Below, piece after piece: positions 29,763 through 39,999 of a stretch of DNA of 64,000 nucleotides. The stretch is from an uncultured Chitinophaga sp. (lineage in GTDB: Bacteria > Bacteroidota > Bacteroidia > 2-12-FULL-35-15). Location: the NCBI GenBank assembly GCA_964549315.1, contig CAZJUY010000003.1, forward strand, positions 45,729 through 109,728, written 5' to 3'. Under the pieces are notes generated by a model that saw only the letters and a program-made list of their open reading frames with translations, was not told the DNA's origin and did no database searches. Numbering within the stretch: position 1 is the stretch's first letter; each line of letters starts with the position of its first letter. The position numbers and the translations under genes were made by a program.

Positions 29763-30827
29763 TTACTTTTTTCTTGGGCCTTTATTTTGTTGGGGAGGCT
29801 TTGTATTACTTGGTCTTTGTTGGGGTTTAACATTAGGTGAATTTGGTTTACTCTGAGGTTTAACCTTATTTGGTTTCGACTTAGGAGAATTGTCAACTGG
29901 TTTCATAACAGGCTTACTATCTGATTTCGGTTCAGATTTATTATAGTTTGGTTTACCTTCTGTTTTAATATTTGAATTTAAAGGTTTTGCTTCTGCTTTA
30001 GATGGTTTAAATGCAGGATTAGTTGTCATTGGTTTACCTTTATTTGGCGAATCGTACGTTTTAACATAAGATCCTTTAGTTCTATTTTGCATTACCATTG
30101 GAGATGAAGACTTTCTTTGTCCGTAATATGTATGTGTATTAGGGCTTCTATAAATTGGAGTTCTATGATAATGTCCATGATAATGATTATGGTAATGATG
30201 ATGATGCCAATAGTAATTATGCCAATACCAAGGTTTCCATGGATTCCACCAAACAGGATAATAATGCCAATACCAAGGCGATACATACACTACATAAACA
30301 GGCGAATAAACATGTCTAATAATAGGCCAATGTCTAACCGTTACATATACTCTTGTATCTGGCGCACTTGAATAATTATTATTAGTTGTATTATTATTTA
30401 CAATTACTGTTTTTCCATCGTTTGAAGAAACATCGGCTTGATTTGATTTTGGAATTGGTGTTTCACTAACTTGTTTTTGATTTGAATCATTTTCTTTTGG
30501 TTCAACAATATAATCCTTGCCATATAAATCTTCATTCCCGACTATTTGAACCAAATAATTATCGTCTTTGCTTTTTTCAATTTCGATAACAGCTACATCT
30601 TGGTTTTCTTTTTCATTTATAGGAATTTGCAAAACCACAGCATGATTGTCTCCATTTTTATTATCAATAACTTTTATGTAATCCGTTTTACCATCATTAT
30701 TCAAATCCAAGTTGTTTATTTTGGAATCTTCTTGGTTTAATTTTTTCTCAAACTCCTCAAAAGTTGCACATTGCTGAAATAAATCTAGCACAGCATACAA
30801 ATTTAAATTATCGCCTGGCAATCCCAA
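29763..30827 (-). CDS. Low-complexity secreted(?) protein with an acidic EF-hand-like N-domain, a His/Tyr/Trp-rich core (WYWHYYPVWWNPWKPWYWHNYYWHHHHYHNHYHGHYH) and a Lys/Pro-rich basic tail. The track ORF starts at TTG; an upstream ATG at 30914 encodes a signal peptide but is separated from the body by an in-frame TGA at 30876..30878
   Basis: Direct reading of composition; upstream frame reads MKKVVFTLVLLR-TGA-FFIKHSFSQSVEKADSLGLPGD... Confidence 0.55.
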   Translation of the reverse strand: MGLPGDNLNLYAVLDLFQQCATFEEFEKKLNQEDSKINNLDLNNDGKTDYIKVIDNKNGDNHAVVLQIPINEKENQDVAVIEIEKSKDDNYLVQIVGNEDLYGKDYIVEPKENDSNQKQVSETPIPKSNQADVSSNDGKTVIVNNNTTNNNYSSAPDTRVYVTVRHWPIIRHVYSPVYVVYVSPWYWHYYPVWWNPWKPWYWHNYYWHHHHYHNHYHGHYHRTPIYRSPNTHTYYGQRKSSSPMVMQNRTKGSYVKTYDSPNKGKPMTTNPAFKPSKAEAKPLNSNIKTEGKPNYNKSEPKSDSKPVMKPVDNSPKSKPNKVKPQSKPNSPNVKPQQRPSNTKPPQQNKGPRKK

Positions 30828-31037
30828 AGAATCTGCCTTTTCAACTGATTGAGAAAAGCTATGTTTTATAAAAAATCATCTTAACAAAACTAATGTAAAA
30901 ACTACTTTTTTCATGGATTATTTTTTTAATGTATAATTCTTTGACAAAAAAGATACCAAAAGGTTTAAAATAAAAAAATAAATGGATTATATAAATAGGA
31001 CTACATGTGCTTACTTGCTGATTTCAATCTAATTATG

Positions 31038-31045
31038 TAGTTTTG
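31038..31045 (+). promoter_or_regulatory. Bacteroidetes-type -7 element TAgtTTTG upstream of the isocitrate dehydrogenase gene
   Basis: TAnnTTTG match 45 bp upstream of the ATG at 31090. Confidence 0.35.
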
Positions 31046-31089
31046 TCGCTCTCAAAAAAAAGAATAATAAATACTAAACAAATACTATT

Positions 31090-32319
31090 ATGAGCAAAAT
31101 TAAAGTAGCCAACCCTGTGGTTGAATTAGACGGAGATGAAATGACTCGCATCATCTGGAAATTTATTAAAGATAAATTAATCCTCCCTTATTTGGATTTA
31201 GATATTAAGTATTACGACTTAGGAGTTGAATATCGTGATCAAACCAATGACCAAGTTACTATTGATGCTGCTGAAGCAATAAAAAAATATAATGTTGGAA
31301 TTAAATGTGCTACCATCACTCCTGACGAGCAACGTGTAGAAGAGTTTAAACTTAAACAAATGTGGAAATCACCAAATGGTACTATCCGTAATATTTTAGA
31401 CGGAACTGTTTTTCGTGAACCAATCGTTTGTAAAAATGTTCCACGTTTGGTTCCAAATTGGACAGCACCTATTTGCATTGGTCGTCATGCTTTTGGGGAT
31501 CAATACCGTGCTACCGATTTCGTTACAAAAGGAAAAGGAAAATTAACCGTTAGTTTTACTCCAGAAGACGGAAGTGCTCCTCAATCATTTGAAGTATTTA
31601 ATTTTAAGGGCGATGGAGTTGCTTTAACAATGTATAACACAGATGAATCAATTAAAGGTTTTGCACATTCATGTTTTAACACTGCATTAGCAAAAAAATG
31701 GCCATTGTACTTATCTACAAAAAATACAATCTTAAAAAAATACGATGGTCGATTCAAAGACATCTTTGAAGAAATTTATCAAAAAGATTATAAAGCAAAA
31801 TTTGATGCTGCCGGAATTGTATATGAGCACCGTTTAATTGATGATATGGTTGCATCTGCATTAAAATGGAATGGAAATTTTGTTTGGGCTTGTAAAAATT
31901 ATGATGGTGATGTTCAATCTGATACTGTTGCTCAAGGTTTTGGTTCATTAGGATTAATGACTTCTGTTTTGGTAACACCAGATGGAAAAACTATGGAAGC
32001 AGAAGCTGCTCATGGAACAGTAACACGTCACTATCGTGACCACCAAGCAGGAAAACCAACATCAACAAATCCAATTGCATCTATTTTTGCTTGGACAAGA
32101 GGGTTAGAGTTCAGAGGAAAATTAGATGGGAATCAAGAGTTAATTAACTTCTGTCAAACACTTGAAAAAGTTTGTATTGAAACTGTTGAGAGTGGTAAAA
32201 TGACAAAAGATTTAGCAGTTTGTATTCATGGAAATAAAGTAAATCATGGAGAACATTATTTATACACTGAAGAATTTTTAACTGCTTTGGATAACAATCT
32301 TAAAGCAAAACTTTCATAA
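31090..32319 (+). CDS. icd: NADP-dependent isocitrate dehydrogenase (eukaryotic-like subfamily II, 409 aa)
   Basis: N-terminus [23 protein letters not shown] and length are typical of subfamily II IDH. Confidence 0.93.
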   Translation: MSKIKVANPVVELDGDEMTRIIWKFIKDKLILPYLDLDIKYYDLGVEYRDQTNDQVTIDAAEAIKKYNVGIKCATITPDEQRVEEFKLKQMWKSPNGTIRNILDGTVFREPIVCKNVPRLVPNWTAPICIGRHAFGDQYRATDFVTKGKGKLTVSFTPEDGSAPQSFEVFNFKGDGVALTMYNTDESIKGFAHSCFNTALAKKWPLYLSTKNTILKKYDGRFKDIFEEIYQKDYKAKFDAAGIVYEHRLIDDMVASALKWNGNFVWACKNYDGDVQSDTVAQGFGSLGLMTSVLVTPDGKTMEAEAAHGTVTRHYRDHQAGKPTSTNPIASIFAWTRGLEFRGKLDGNQELINFCQTLEKVCIETVESGKMTKDLAVCIHGNKVNHGEHYLYTEEFLTALDNNLKAKLS

Positions 32320-32341
32320 AATTTATTTCAGTTATTCTAAA

Positions 32342-32376
32342 GAAAAGGAGCAGTTATTAACTGCTCCTTTTCTTTG
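32342..32376 (+). terminator. Rho-independent terminator (gaaaaggagcagtt / aactgctccttttc, then T-run)
   Basis: 14-bp stem with a 3-nt loop directly after the icd stop. Confidence 0.7.
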
Positions 32377-32420
32377 TAAGAATATTGAAAGTTTTCAATG
32401 AAATATTTTATTTTTCATTT

Positions 32421-32428
32421 TACATTTG
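32421..32428 (+). promoter_or_regulatory. Bacteroidetes-type -7 element TAcaTTTG upstream of mscL
   Basis: 44 bp upstream of the ATG at 32472. Confidence 0.35.
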
Positions 32429-32471
32429 CATCCATTAAACTAAACAAATAATAAACTAAAAATTAAAATTT

Positions 32472-32870
32472 ATGGGAGTGTTTTCAGAATTTAAGTCCTT
32501 TGCAATGAGAGGCAATGTTATTGATTTGGCTGTCGGTGTGGTTATTGGTGGTGCATTTGGAAAAATTGTATCATCACTTGTAGATGATATCATTACTCCA
32601 GCCATTTTAACTCCAGCATTAAAAGCAGCTCAATTAACAGATTTAGCTCAACTAGTTATTCCAGGAACGGCTATAAAGTATGGCAATTTCATATCTCAAA
32701 TTATTTCATTTATTATAGTTGCATTTGCATTATTCTTAATGATAAAAGCTATAAACACTGCAAAAAAACGCGCTGAAGCAAAAGCTGCAGCTGAAGCTCC
32801 TCCTGCTCCTCCTACTGGACCAAGCCAAGAACAACTATTAACGGAAATCAGAGATTTACTAAAAAAATAG
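32472..32870 (+). CDS. mscL: Large-conductance mechanosensitive channel
   Basis: 132 aa; [33 protein letters not shown] is the hallmark MscL N-terminus. Confidence 0.95.
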   Translation: MGVFSEFKSFAMRGNVIDLAVGVVIGGAFGKIVSSLVDDIITPAILTPALKAAQLTDLAQLVIPGTAIKYGNFISQIISFIIVAFALFLMIKAINTAKKRAEAKAAAEAPPAPPTGPSQEQLLTEIRDLLKK

Positions 32871-32873
32871 ATT

Positions 32874-33845
32874 ATGAAAAAAATTAAATTGATATTAGTA
32901 GTAACAATTACTGCCACTACTGTAACTTTCGCCCAAACTCCTGATTCAATAAAACCTGCACCAATCTACTGGACAAAGGGTGGAGTTGCAGCTTTAAATT
33001 TTACTCAATCAAGTTTTACAAATTGGGCTGCAGGTGGTGAAAATGCCGTTTCTGCTTCTGGTATGATAAGTTTATTTTCAAATTATAAAAAAGATAATGT
33101 TAGTTGGGATAATAGTATTGATTTAGCTTACGGATTATTACAATCAGGAACTACAAAGTTCAGAAAGAATGAAGATAAAATTGACTTTAGTTCTAAGTTT
33201 GGTCGTTATGCTTTTTATAAACATTGGTACTACACTGCCTTAGTCAACTTTAAGAGTCAGTTTGATAATGGATATAACTTACCAAACGACTCAACCGTTA
33301 TATCTCATTTTTTAGCACCAGGTTATGTAATTGGTTCGATAGGTTTGGATTATAAATCAAAGGACAATAGCTTCAATGTTTTCATCTCTCCTGTTACTTC
33401 AAGAACGACAATTGTAAACGACCAACGACTTGCAGATGCGGGTGCTTATGGTGTTCAAGCAGCAAAATACGATACACTTTTTGGTGTTTATCAAATTGTT
33501 GAATACGGAGAAAAAATAAGATCAGAATTTGGTGGGTACTTAAAATTGACTTACAAAAAAGAGATTTTTAAAAATGTAACTTACGGAACAAAACTAGAAT
33601 TGTTTTCAAACTATACAGATAGACCACAAAACATAGATGTTTTATGGGAGAATATTTTATCGATGAAAGTAAATAAACTTTTTTCTGCTAGTATTACAAC
33701 CAATATGATTTACGACCATGACATTCCCGTACCAGTAAAAAGAACAGAAAATGGAATCACAACAACGGGAACTGGCCCTCGCCTTCAATTTAAGCAAGTA
33801 TTGGCAATAGGTTTGTCTTATAAATTTGGGAACGGGAAAAAATAA
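32874..33845 (+). CDS. DUF3078-family putative outer-membrane beta-barrel protein
   Basis: Signal peptide; block WTKGGVAALNFTQSSFTNWAAGGENAVS. Confidence 0.65.
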   Translation: MKKIKLILVVTITATTVTFAQTPDSIKPAPIYWTKGGVAALNFTQSSFTNWAAGGENAVSASGMISLFSNYKKDNVSWDNSIDLAYGLLQSGTTKFRKNEDKIDFSSKFGRYAFYKHWYYTALVNFKSQFDNGYNLPNDSTVISHFLAPGYVIGSIGLDYKSKDNSFNVFISPVTSRTTIVNDQRLADAGAYGVQAAKYDTLFGVYQIVEYGEKIRSEFGGYLKLTYKKEIFKNVTYGTKLELFSNYTDRPQNIDVLWENILSMKVNKLFSASITTNMIYDHDIPVPVKRTENGITTTGTGPRLQFKQVLAIGLSYKFGNGKK

Positions 33846-33866
33846 TTTAATAAATAGTTGAGCTCA

Positions 33867-33906
33867 CAAAATGCTGCGAATAATATCGCAGCATTTTTTA
33901 TTTTTT
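33867..33906 (+). terminator. Rho-independent terminator (aaaatgctgcga / tcgcagcatttt, then T-run)
   Basis: Perfect 12-bp stem followed by ttttatttttttt. Confidence 0.7.
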
Positions 33907-33938
33907 TCATATATTTACTAGTCTAAAAAATACTACTA

Positions 33939-36900
33939 ATGAAAAAACTACTATTCATCTTTGCGTTTTTAATTTCTTCACTTATTACCACTTCAAATGA
34001 ATTAATTAAAAACCCTTACGAAATTTATTTTGCCAAAGCCTATACATTAAACCCTAATATCCCAAAGGGAATTTTAGAATCTGTCGCGTTTTGCAATACA
34101 CGCTTTGCTCACATTACCCATACATCTACGCAATCCGAAAGTTGTGCGGGAATTCCAAATGCATATGGTGTAATGGGGCTTACATTAAATGGGGAAAATT
34201 ATTTCTCAAATAATTTAATTCTTGTTTCAACACTATCTGGGTATCCTATAAATGAAATAATTAATTCTCCTGAAAAAAACATTTTGGCATATGCAAAAGC
34301 TTATGAAGCTGTCCAGCAAAAACTTAGTATCAAAGATAATTCTATTACCTCTCAAATTTTAGTTTTAAAATATTTGAGTGAGTTGCCAACTAAAACAATT
34401 GGTCAAGAATATGCATTAAATACGCAACTATACGGCTATTTAGATTTTTTAAGCAATGTAGATTACCAACAATTTTACGGTTTCCCAAATTATGAAATAG
34501 ATTTTATAAAAATATTCGGAGAAAATAATTTTTCTATTTTAAGTTCGCAAAGTATAACCGTTACAGATGAAAATGTATTTAACAAAAGTGGGTTAACTTA
34601 TTCTCCATCTCAAAACAAATCTCCACTATCAGCAGATTACCCTCCTGCCCTGTGGAACCCTGCAGCATCCTGCAACTATAGTTCACGAAGTGGGACTGCA
34701 ATTTCTGCTGTAACAATACATACCGTTCAAGGCAGTTATGCAGGTTGTATATCATGGTTTCAAAATTGTTCGGCAGGAGTTTCTGCACATTATGTTTTGC
34801 GCTCCAGCGATGGGCAAGTAACACAAATGGTTTTGGAGGCACAAAAAGCATGGCATGTTGGTTCCGAAAACCCCTATACTATTGGATTAGAACATGAAGG
34901 CTACATCAGTAATCCTGCTTGGTACACAAATGCAATGTACAATGGATCTGCAGCTTTAGTCCGTGATATCTGTAGTAGCGGTTATGGAATTAATCCTTTG
35001 AGAACATACTATGGACCTGGCTGCTCTGGTGGTTATTCAAATTGCTTACTTGGAAATTGTACTAAAATCAAAGGTCATCAAATGTTTGCAAACCAAACTC
35101 ATACTGATCCTGGCCCAAATTGGAATTGGTCGTTATATTATCATTTAATAAATAATGCTCCAACCATTAATACTGTATCTACTGCTAGCGGAAATTTTTA
35201 TGATAGTGGTGGAGCTGCAGGAAACTATACAAATGATGAACGTTTACTTACACTCATTCAACCTGCAGGAGCAACTACAATTACATTAACGTTCACAAGT
35301 TTTAATATTGAAGCTAATTGGGATTACTTATTTATTTATGATGGAGCTACAACTTCAGCTCCTTTGATTGGAACATATACTGGCACAAGCAGCCCTGGTA
35401 CCGTTAGTTCAAGTGGAGGAAGTTTATTAATTGAATTTAGAAGTGATTGTGCAACTGTATCATCTGGCTGGGTAGCAAATTGGACAAGCAATGCAACTCC
35501 ACCTCCAGTTAGTGATAATACTCCTCCAACAACGATTGTATCAACAACAAATGCCTGGGAAACAGCAAATTTTACTGCAAACTATACTGATACTGATAAC
35601 ACAGGAGGGAGTGGTTTAGAAAAAAGTTATTATCAAGTAATTGATTATAATGGAACCGAATGGAGAGCAAATAATAACAATGGTTTTTTTGCAGATAATT
35701 TTGACTATGCTATTCACTCTGATTGGACAAGTGCAACAGGAACTTGGAATATTAATGCAGGAGCATTGTATCAAAGTGATGAAGTATTGGGCAATACGAA
35801 CATTTATGCTCCACTCAATCAAACATTATCCAACCGATACCTATATAATTTTTATGGAAAAATAGATGGTTCAGGAACTACAAGAAGAGCTGGCTTTCAT
35901 TTCTTTTGTGATGATGGAAGTTTAACAAATAGAGGAAACTCTTATTTTGTTTGGTTCCGAGTGGATGACGCTAAATTGCAAATTTATAAAGTTATAAGTG
36001 ATGTATTTGGTTCACCAGTTGTTGACATTCCACTTACAACAGCTGCAGGTCAATGGTATGATTATAAAATTATTTACGACAGAATTACTGGAAAAATTTC
36101 TGTGTATAGAGACAATTCATTTATTACAAGTTGGACTGACTCTTCACCTTATAGTTCTGGAAATGCAATTTCATTTAGAAGTGGAAATGCAAATTTTGCA
36201 ATAAATGAATTGAAAGTTTATCGTTCAAGAAATCCTTTAACTACCAATGTTTCTGTAGGTCCCGCTTCAACGAATGATATACGATTTCAAAACCCTAATC
36301 CAACAACATTTGCAGGAAAAATAAAATCTATTTGTGCTGACTCAGCTGGAAACTTATCAGCAATCTATTATCACAATTTAAATATTGATTGGACACCTCC
36401 AAGTATTGCTGATACAATTAATGATGGATTAGGTTCGGATATTGTTTATACAAACTCAGCAACACAATTATCTGCAAATTGGAGTTCTTCTATTGATACT
36501 AACTCAGCCATAGCAAGATATTGGTATGCAATTGGAACAACTGCTGGCGCAACAGATGTTGTTAGCTGGACCGACAATTGGTTTAACACAAGCGTCACAC
36601 ACACAGGATTAAGTTTAGTAGATGGACAGATTTACTTTTTTAGTGTTAAGGCTGAAAATGGTGCAGGATTGCAATCTGCCATATTTACAAGCAATGGACA
36701 AACTGTGGATTTAACTCCTACTTCTATTGAAGATAATACTTCAGAAAATTTTCAATTCTCTGTTTATCCAAATCCTTTTACAAATTTCACTACATTAAAT
36801 TATCAACTAAAAGAAAATTCAAAAGTTGAAATAACCTTGTCTGATGTTTTAGGAAAACAAATTATCTTATATAATAATTTACAAACTGCAGGAAAACATG

Positions 36901-37004
36901 ATTTGACAATTGATTCTAAAGCATTAGAATTAAGCAAAGGAATATATTTTATACGAATTAATGTAAATGGAGAAATTAAAACAAATAAAATTTTATTAAA
37001 ATAA
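33939..37004 (+). CDS. T9SS-secreted multidomain N-acetylmuramoyl-L-alanine amidase (Amidase_2/PGRP-type) of 1021 aa: unknown N-domain, amidase, CUB-like, LamG/lectin-like, FN3-like, T9SS type-A CTD
   Basis: Amidase_2 blocks (AHYVL..., IGLEHEG, GHQMF..THTDPGPNWNW); CUB-like WDYLFIYDG; C-terminal VYPNPF...GIYFIRI sorting domain. Confidence 0.7.
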   Translation: MKKLLFIFAFLISSLITTSNELIKNPYEIYFAKAYTLNPNIPKGILESVAFCNTRFAHITHTSTQSESCAGIPNAYGVMGLTLNGENYFSNNLILVSTLSGYPINEIINSPEKNILAYAKAYEAVQQKLSIKDNSITSQILVLKYLSELPTKTIGQEYALNTQLYGYLDFLSNVDYQQFYGFPNYEIDFIKIFGENNFSILSSQSITVTDENVFNKSGLTYSPSQNKSPLSADYPPALWNPAASCNYSSRSGTAISAVTIHTVQGSYAGCISWFQNCSAGVSAHYVLRSSDGQVTQMVLEAQKAWHVGSENPYTIGLEHEGYISNPAWYTNAMYNGSAALVRDICSSGYGINPLRTYYGPGCSGGYSNCLLGNCTKIKGHQMFANQTHTDPGPNWNWSLYYHLINNAPTINTVSTASGNFYDSGGAAGNYTNDERLLTLIQPAGATTITLTFTSFNIEANWDYLFIYDGATTSAPLIGTYTGTSSPGTVSSSGGSLLIEFRSDCATVSSGWVANWTSNATPPPVSDNTPPTTIVSTTNAWETANFTANYTDTDNTGGSGLEKSYYQVIDYNGTEWRANNNNGFFADNFDYAIHSDWTSATGTWNINAGALYQSDEVLGNTNIYAPLNQTLSNRYLYNFYGKIDGSGTTRRAGFHFFCDDGSLTNRGNSYFVWFRVDDAKLQIYKVISDVFGSPVVDIPLTTAAGQWYDYKIIYDRITGKISVYRDNSFITSWTDSSPYSSGNAISFRSGNANFAINELKVYRSRNPLTTNVSVGPASTNDIRFQNPNPTTFAGKIKSICADSAGNLSAIYYHNLNIDWTPPSIADTINDGLGSDIVYTNSATQLSANWSSSIDTNSAIARYWYAIGTTAGATDVVSWTDNWFNTSVTHTGLSLVDGQIYFFSVKAENGAGLQSAIFTSNGQTVDLTPTSIEDNTSENFQFSVYPNPFTNFTTLNYQLKENSKVEITLSDVLGKQIILYNNLQTAGKHDLTIDSKALELSKGIYFIRINVNGEIKTNKILLK

Positions 37005-37008
37005 GAAA

Positions 37009-39999
37009 ATGAAAAAAAATATTTTAATTCTATTTTATTTAATCTCGTTTGGTTGTTTTTCACAACTAAACAATTTCAAATCTGTTCATCAAGAAGAAGC
37101 TGAAAAATATTCAACATATAATTTAGAAACAGATTCGGAATGGGACAGCTTGAGAAGTTTTATCTCTGGCACAAACAAATCATTTACAACTAAAAATAAC
37201 AGAGCATGTAATTTACAAAAACGTGTTTATGGTTGGCATCCATACTGGAGCAATGGATTACAAACTAATTATGATTGGAATGGACTAACCGACTTGTGCT
37301 ATTTTTCTTATGAAGTTAATTCAAGCAATGGAAATGCTGTTACAACTCATGGTTGGAGCACAGCAACAGTAGTTACAGATGCTCAAACAAATGGAGTAAA
37401 TGTTACATTATGTGCAACATTATTCAGTGGACATACTACTTTTTTTGGAAGCTCTACAGCTCAACAAACACTTATTACAAATTTGATTAATCTTGTTCAA
37501 TCAAGAAATGCAAAAGGCGTAAATATTGATTTTGAAGGAATGGGAGCATCTCATAAAGTTCCATTCACAAATTTCATGATTAACTTATGTAATCAAATGC
37601 ATACAGCGATTCCAGGTTCTGAAGTTAGCATTGCGTTGTATGCAGTAGATTGGAATAGTGTTTTTGATATGACTGCCCTTAATCCTTATGTGGATTTATT
37701 TATTATAATGGGATATGATTACTACTGGAGTGGAAGCTCTACTGCAGGACCTGGAGACCCATTGTATAATTTTCAAACATCTTATAATTATACTTTAACA
37801 AAATCCATAACCTATTATTTAAAACAAGGTGCATCACAAAATAAATTATTATTAGGATTGCCTTATTACGGGAGAGAATGGAGTACTTCCTCAACTTCTA
37901 TTTATTCCACTACAACTGGAAGCAGCAATACTGTTACATACAGAACTTTTCGTCAGAATGCCAATGGCTATTACAACTCTCGACAATGGGATGGAATTAG
38001 TTTTTCAACCTGGTTTCCTTCTACAAGAGCTGGAACCCCTTGGCAATGTTTTATAGATGATGCTTATGCATTAGGAAAAAGATTCGACATAGTAAATCAA
38101 AGAGGTATTGGTGGAATTGGTATTTGGGCTTTAGGCTACGATGATGGATACAATAATTTTTGGAATTTAATACGAGATAAATTTACTGATTGTGCTATCA
38201 TTCCATGCACTGATACCATATATGATATGGGAGGCCCAGCCAGAAATTATTATGATAATGAAGCTTATGTTTACACAATTGCTCCTACAGGCGCATCTAA
38301 TGTTACATTAAATTTTTCATCTTTTAGTACTGAATTAAATTATGATACTTTGTGGATATACAATGGCAATTCAACAGCTTCCCCATTAATTGGATTTTAT
38401 CATGGTGCCACTTCTCCTGGAATAGTTACTTCAACTGCTGGTGCATTGACAATTCGTTTCAAGTCTGACAACGCCACTAACCAAGCAGGTTGGCAAGCAA
38501 TCTGGAATTGCACAATAGACAATATTGCTCCTACCACAACTATTAGCACCCCTTCGAATTGGCAAACAGGAAATTTTTCGGCATCATTTACTGATATAGA
38601 TAATTTTGGTGGAACAGGGATAGAAAAAAGTTTTTATCAAGTGTTAGAATATACAGGAACAGAATGGAGAGCAAATAATTCTCGCGGTTTTTTTAGCGAT
38701 AATTTTGATTTAATAATTCACCCAGACTGGACAACACAAGTTGGAACTTGGGCTATTAATAGTAGTTACTTGCAGCAATCTGACCAGACAAATGCAAATA
38801 CAAACATGTGGGCACCATTAACACAAAATTTATCAAATAGATACTTATACAACTTTCAAGCTAAAATAGATGGCACAGGAACAAACAGAAGAGCTGGATT
38901 CCATTTTTTTTGTGACGATGCAACACAAACAAATAGAGGCAATTCTTATTTTGTTTGGTTTAGAGTTGACCAAAGTGTTTGCGAATTTTATAAAGTCAAT
39001 AGCAATGTATTTACCTTAATGGGTTCTGTTCCTATGACTGTGAATGCAGCTCAATGGTACGATTACAAAATATTTTATGATAGAATTACGGGGGAAATGG
39101 AAGTTTACCAAAACGATAATTTTGTTGGTGAATGGACAGATCCAACTCCGCTCTCAAATGGAAATGCAATTTCTTTCCGAAGCGGAAACTGTGATTTTAT
39201 GGTAAATGACTTGAAAGTTTATCGTTCAAGAAATGCAACTGCAAACATCACTGTAGGTTCTGCAAGTACAAATGATGTTCGTTATCAAAACCCAAATCCT
39301 ACACAGCCATCATGCAGAATAAAATCTATCACAAAAGATAATGCAAGAAATATTTCTGCTATTGTAAGTCAAGATATAGATATCGATTGGACACCACCAA
39401 GCTCTCCGGTTATTTATGATGGACTTTCAAGTGATATAGATACTTCTTATTCTTTAACTCAACTTTCATCAAATTGGACAATTTGTACCGACACAAATTC
39501 AAATGTTGTAAAATATTGGTACAGCATAGGAAGTTCAGTTGGTGCAACAGATATTCTAAATTGGACAGACAATCTATTAAGTACTTCTATAACTCAATCT
39601 GGACTCTCACTAACACAAAATCAAATTTATTACTTCAATGTGAAATCTGAAGATGGCGCAGGTTTGCAATCCAGCATAGAAAGTTCTGACGGACAATTGG
39701 TATTAATTTCAACTGCAATTCATGAAAGTTTAGATAATATTAATTTAAGCGCTTACCCTAATCCGTTTAATGATAACCTAAACATAATCTACAATTTAAA
39801 AAGTAACGCTACAATTGAAATAAAATTAACGGATGTTATTGGCAAGGAGATTGTGATTCTAAATTCATTAGACCAATCAAAAGGAAAACACTTTTATACA
39901 ATTAATAAACAAAATTTAAATCTTTCTGAAGGAATCTATTTTTTAAAATTCACTTTAAATAATTCTACAGAAACAATTATTAAAATTATTGTTCAATAA
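37009..39999 (+). CDS. T9SS-secreted multidomain glycoside hydrolase family 18 protein (996 aa) whose C-terminal ~550 aa parallels 33939..37004
   Basis: GH18 blocks (YGWHPYW, KGVNIDFEG catalytic region with a variant DxxDxDxE motif, LLGLPYYG, GIWALGYDD); CUB-like region, then the same lectin/FN3/CTD tail. Confidence 0.7.
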   Translation: MKKNILILFYLISFGCFSQLNNFKSVHQEEAEKYSTYNLETDSEWDSLRSFISGTNKSFTTKNNRACNLQKRVYGWHPYWSNGLQTNYDWNGLTDLCYFSYEVNSSNGNAVTTHGWSTATVVTDAQTNGVNVTLCATLFSGHTTFFGSSTAQQTLITNLINLVQSRNAKGVNIDFEGMGASHKVPFTNFMINLCNQMHTAIPGSEVSIALYAVDWNSVFDMTALNPYVDLFIIMGYDYYWSGSSTAGPGDPLYNFQTSYNYTLTKSITYYLKQGASQNKLLLGLPYYGREWSTSSTSIYSTTTGSSNTVTYRTFRQNANGYYNSRQWDGISFSTWFPSTRAGTPWQCFIDDAYALGKRFDIVNQRGIGGIGIWALGYDDGYNNFWNLIRDKFTDCAIIPCTDTIYDMGGPARNYYDNEAYVYTIAPTGASNVTLNFSSFSTELNYDTLWIYNGNSTASPLIGFYHGATSPGIVTSTAGALTIRFKSDNATNQAGWQAIWNCTIDNIAPTTTISTPSNWQTGNFSASFTDIDNFGGTGIEKSFYQVLEYTGTEWRANNSRGFFSDNFDLIIHPDWTTQVGTWAINSSYLQQSDQTNANTNMWAPLTQNLSNRYLYNFQAKIDGTGTNRRAGFHFFCDDATQTNRGNSYFVWFRVDQSVCEFYKVNSNVFTLMGSVPMTVNAAQWYDYKIFYDRITGEMEVYQNDNFVGEWTDPTPLSNGNAISFRSGNCDFMVNDLKVYRSRNATANITVGSASTNDVRYQNPNPTQPSCRIKSITKDNARNISAIVSQDIDIDWTPPSSPVIYDGLSSDIDTSYSLTQLSSNWTICTDTNSNVVKYWYSIGSSVGATDILNWTDNLLSTSITQSGLSLTQNQIYYFNVKSEDGAGLQSSIESSDGQLVLISTAIHESLDNINLSAYPNPFNDNLNIIYNLKSNATIEIKLTDVIGKEIVILNSLDQSKGKHFYTINKQNLNLSEGIYFLKFTLNNSTETIIKIIVQ

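Noticed and set aside
30092-30740. Three small ORFs overlapping the His/aromatic-rich gene (both strands)
   Set aside because: These are products of the low-complexity repeat (Met/Ile-rich antisense frames). The longer minus-strand ORF explains the region.
30876-30878. In-frame TGA read as selenocysteine or as a sense codon under an alternative genetic code
   Set aside because: All other genes in the window translate full-length with TGA as a stop under the standard code. No SECIS-like context was seen. A point mutation or sequencing error is more parsimonious.
31239-32917. Antisense small ORFs within the isocitrate dehydrogenase gene and mscL
   Set aside because: Embedded in highly conserved genes.
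34579-37063. Small ORFs inside or antisense to the amidase gene (34579, 35616, 35641, 35998, 36803)
   Set aside because: Embedded; the large ORF has coherent domain structure.
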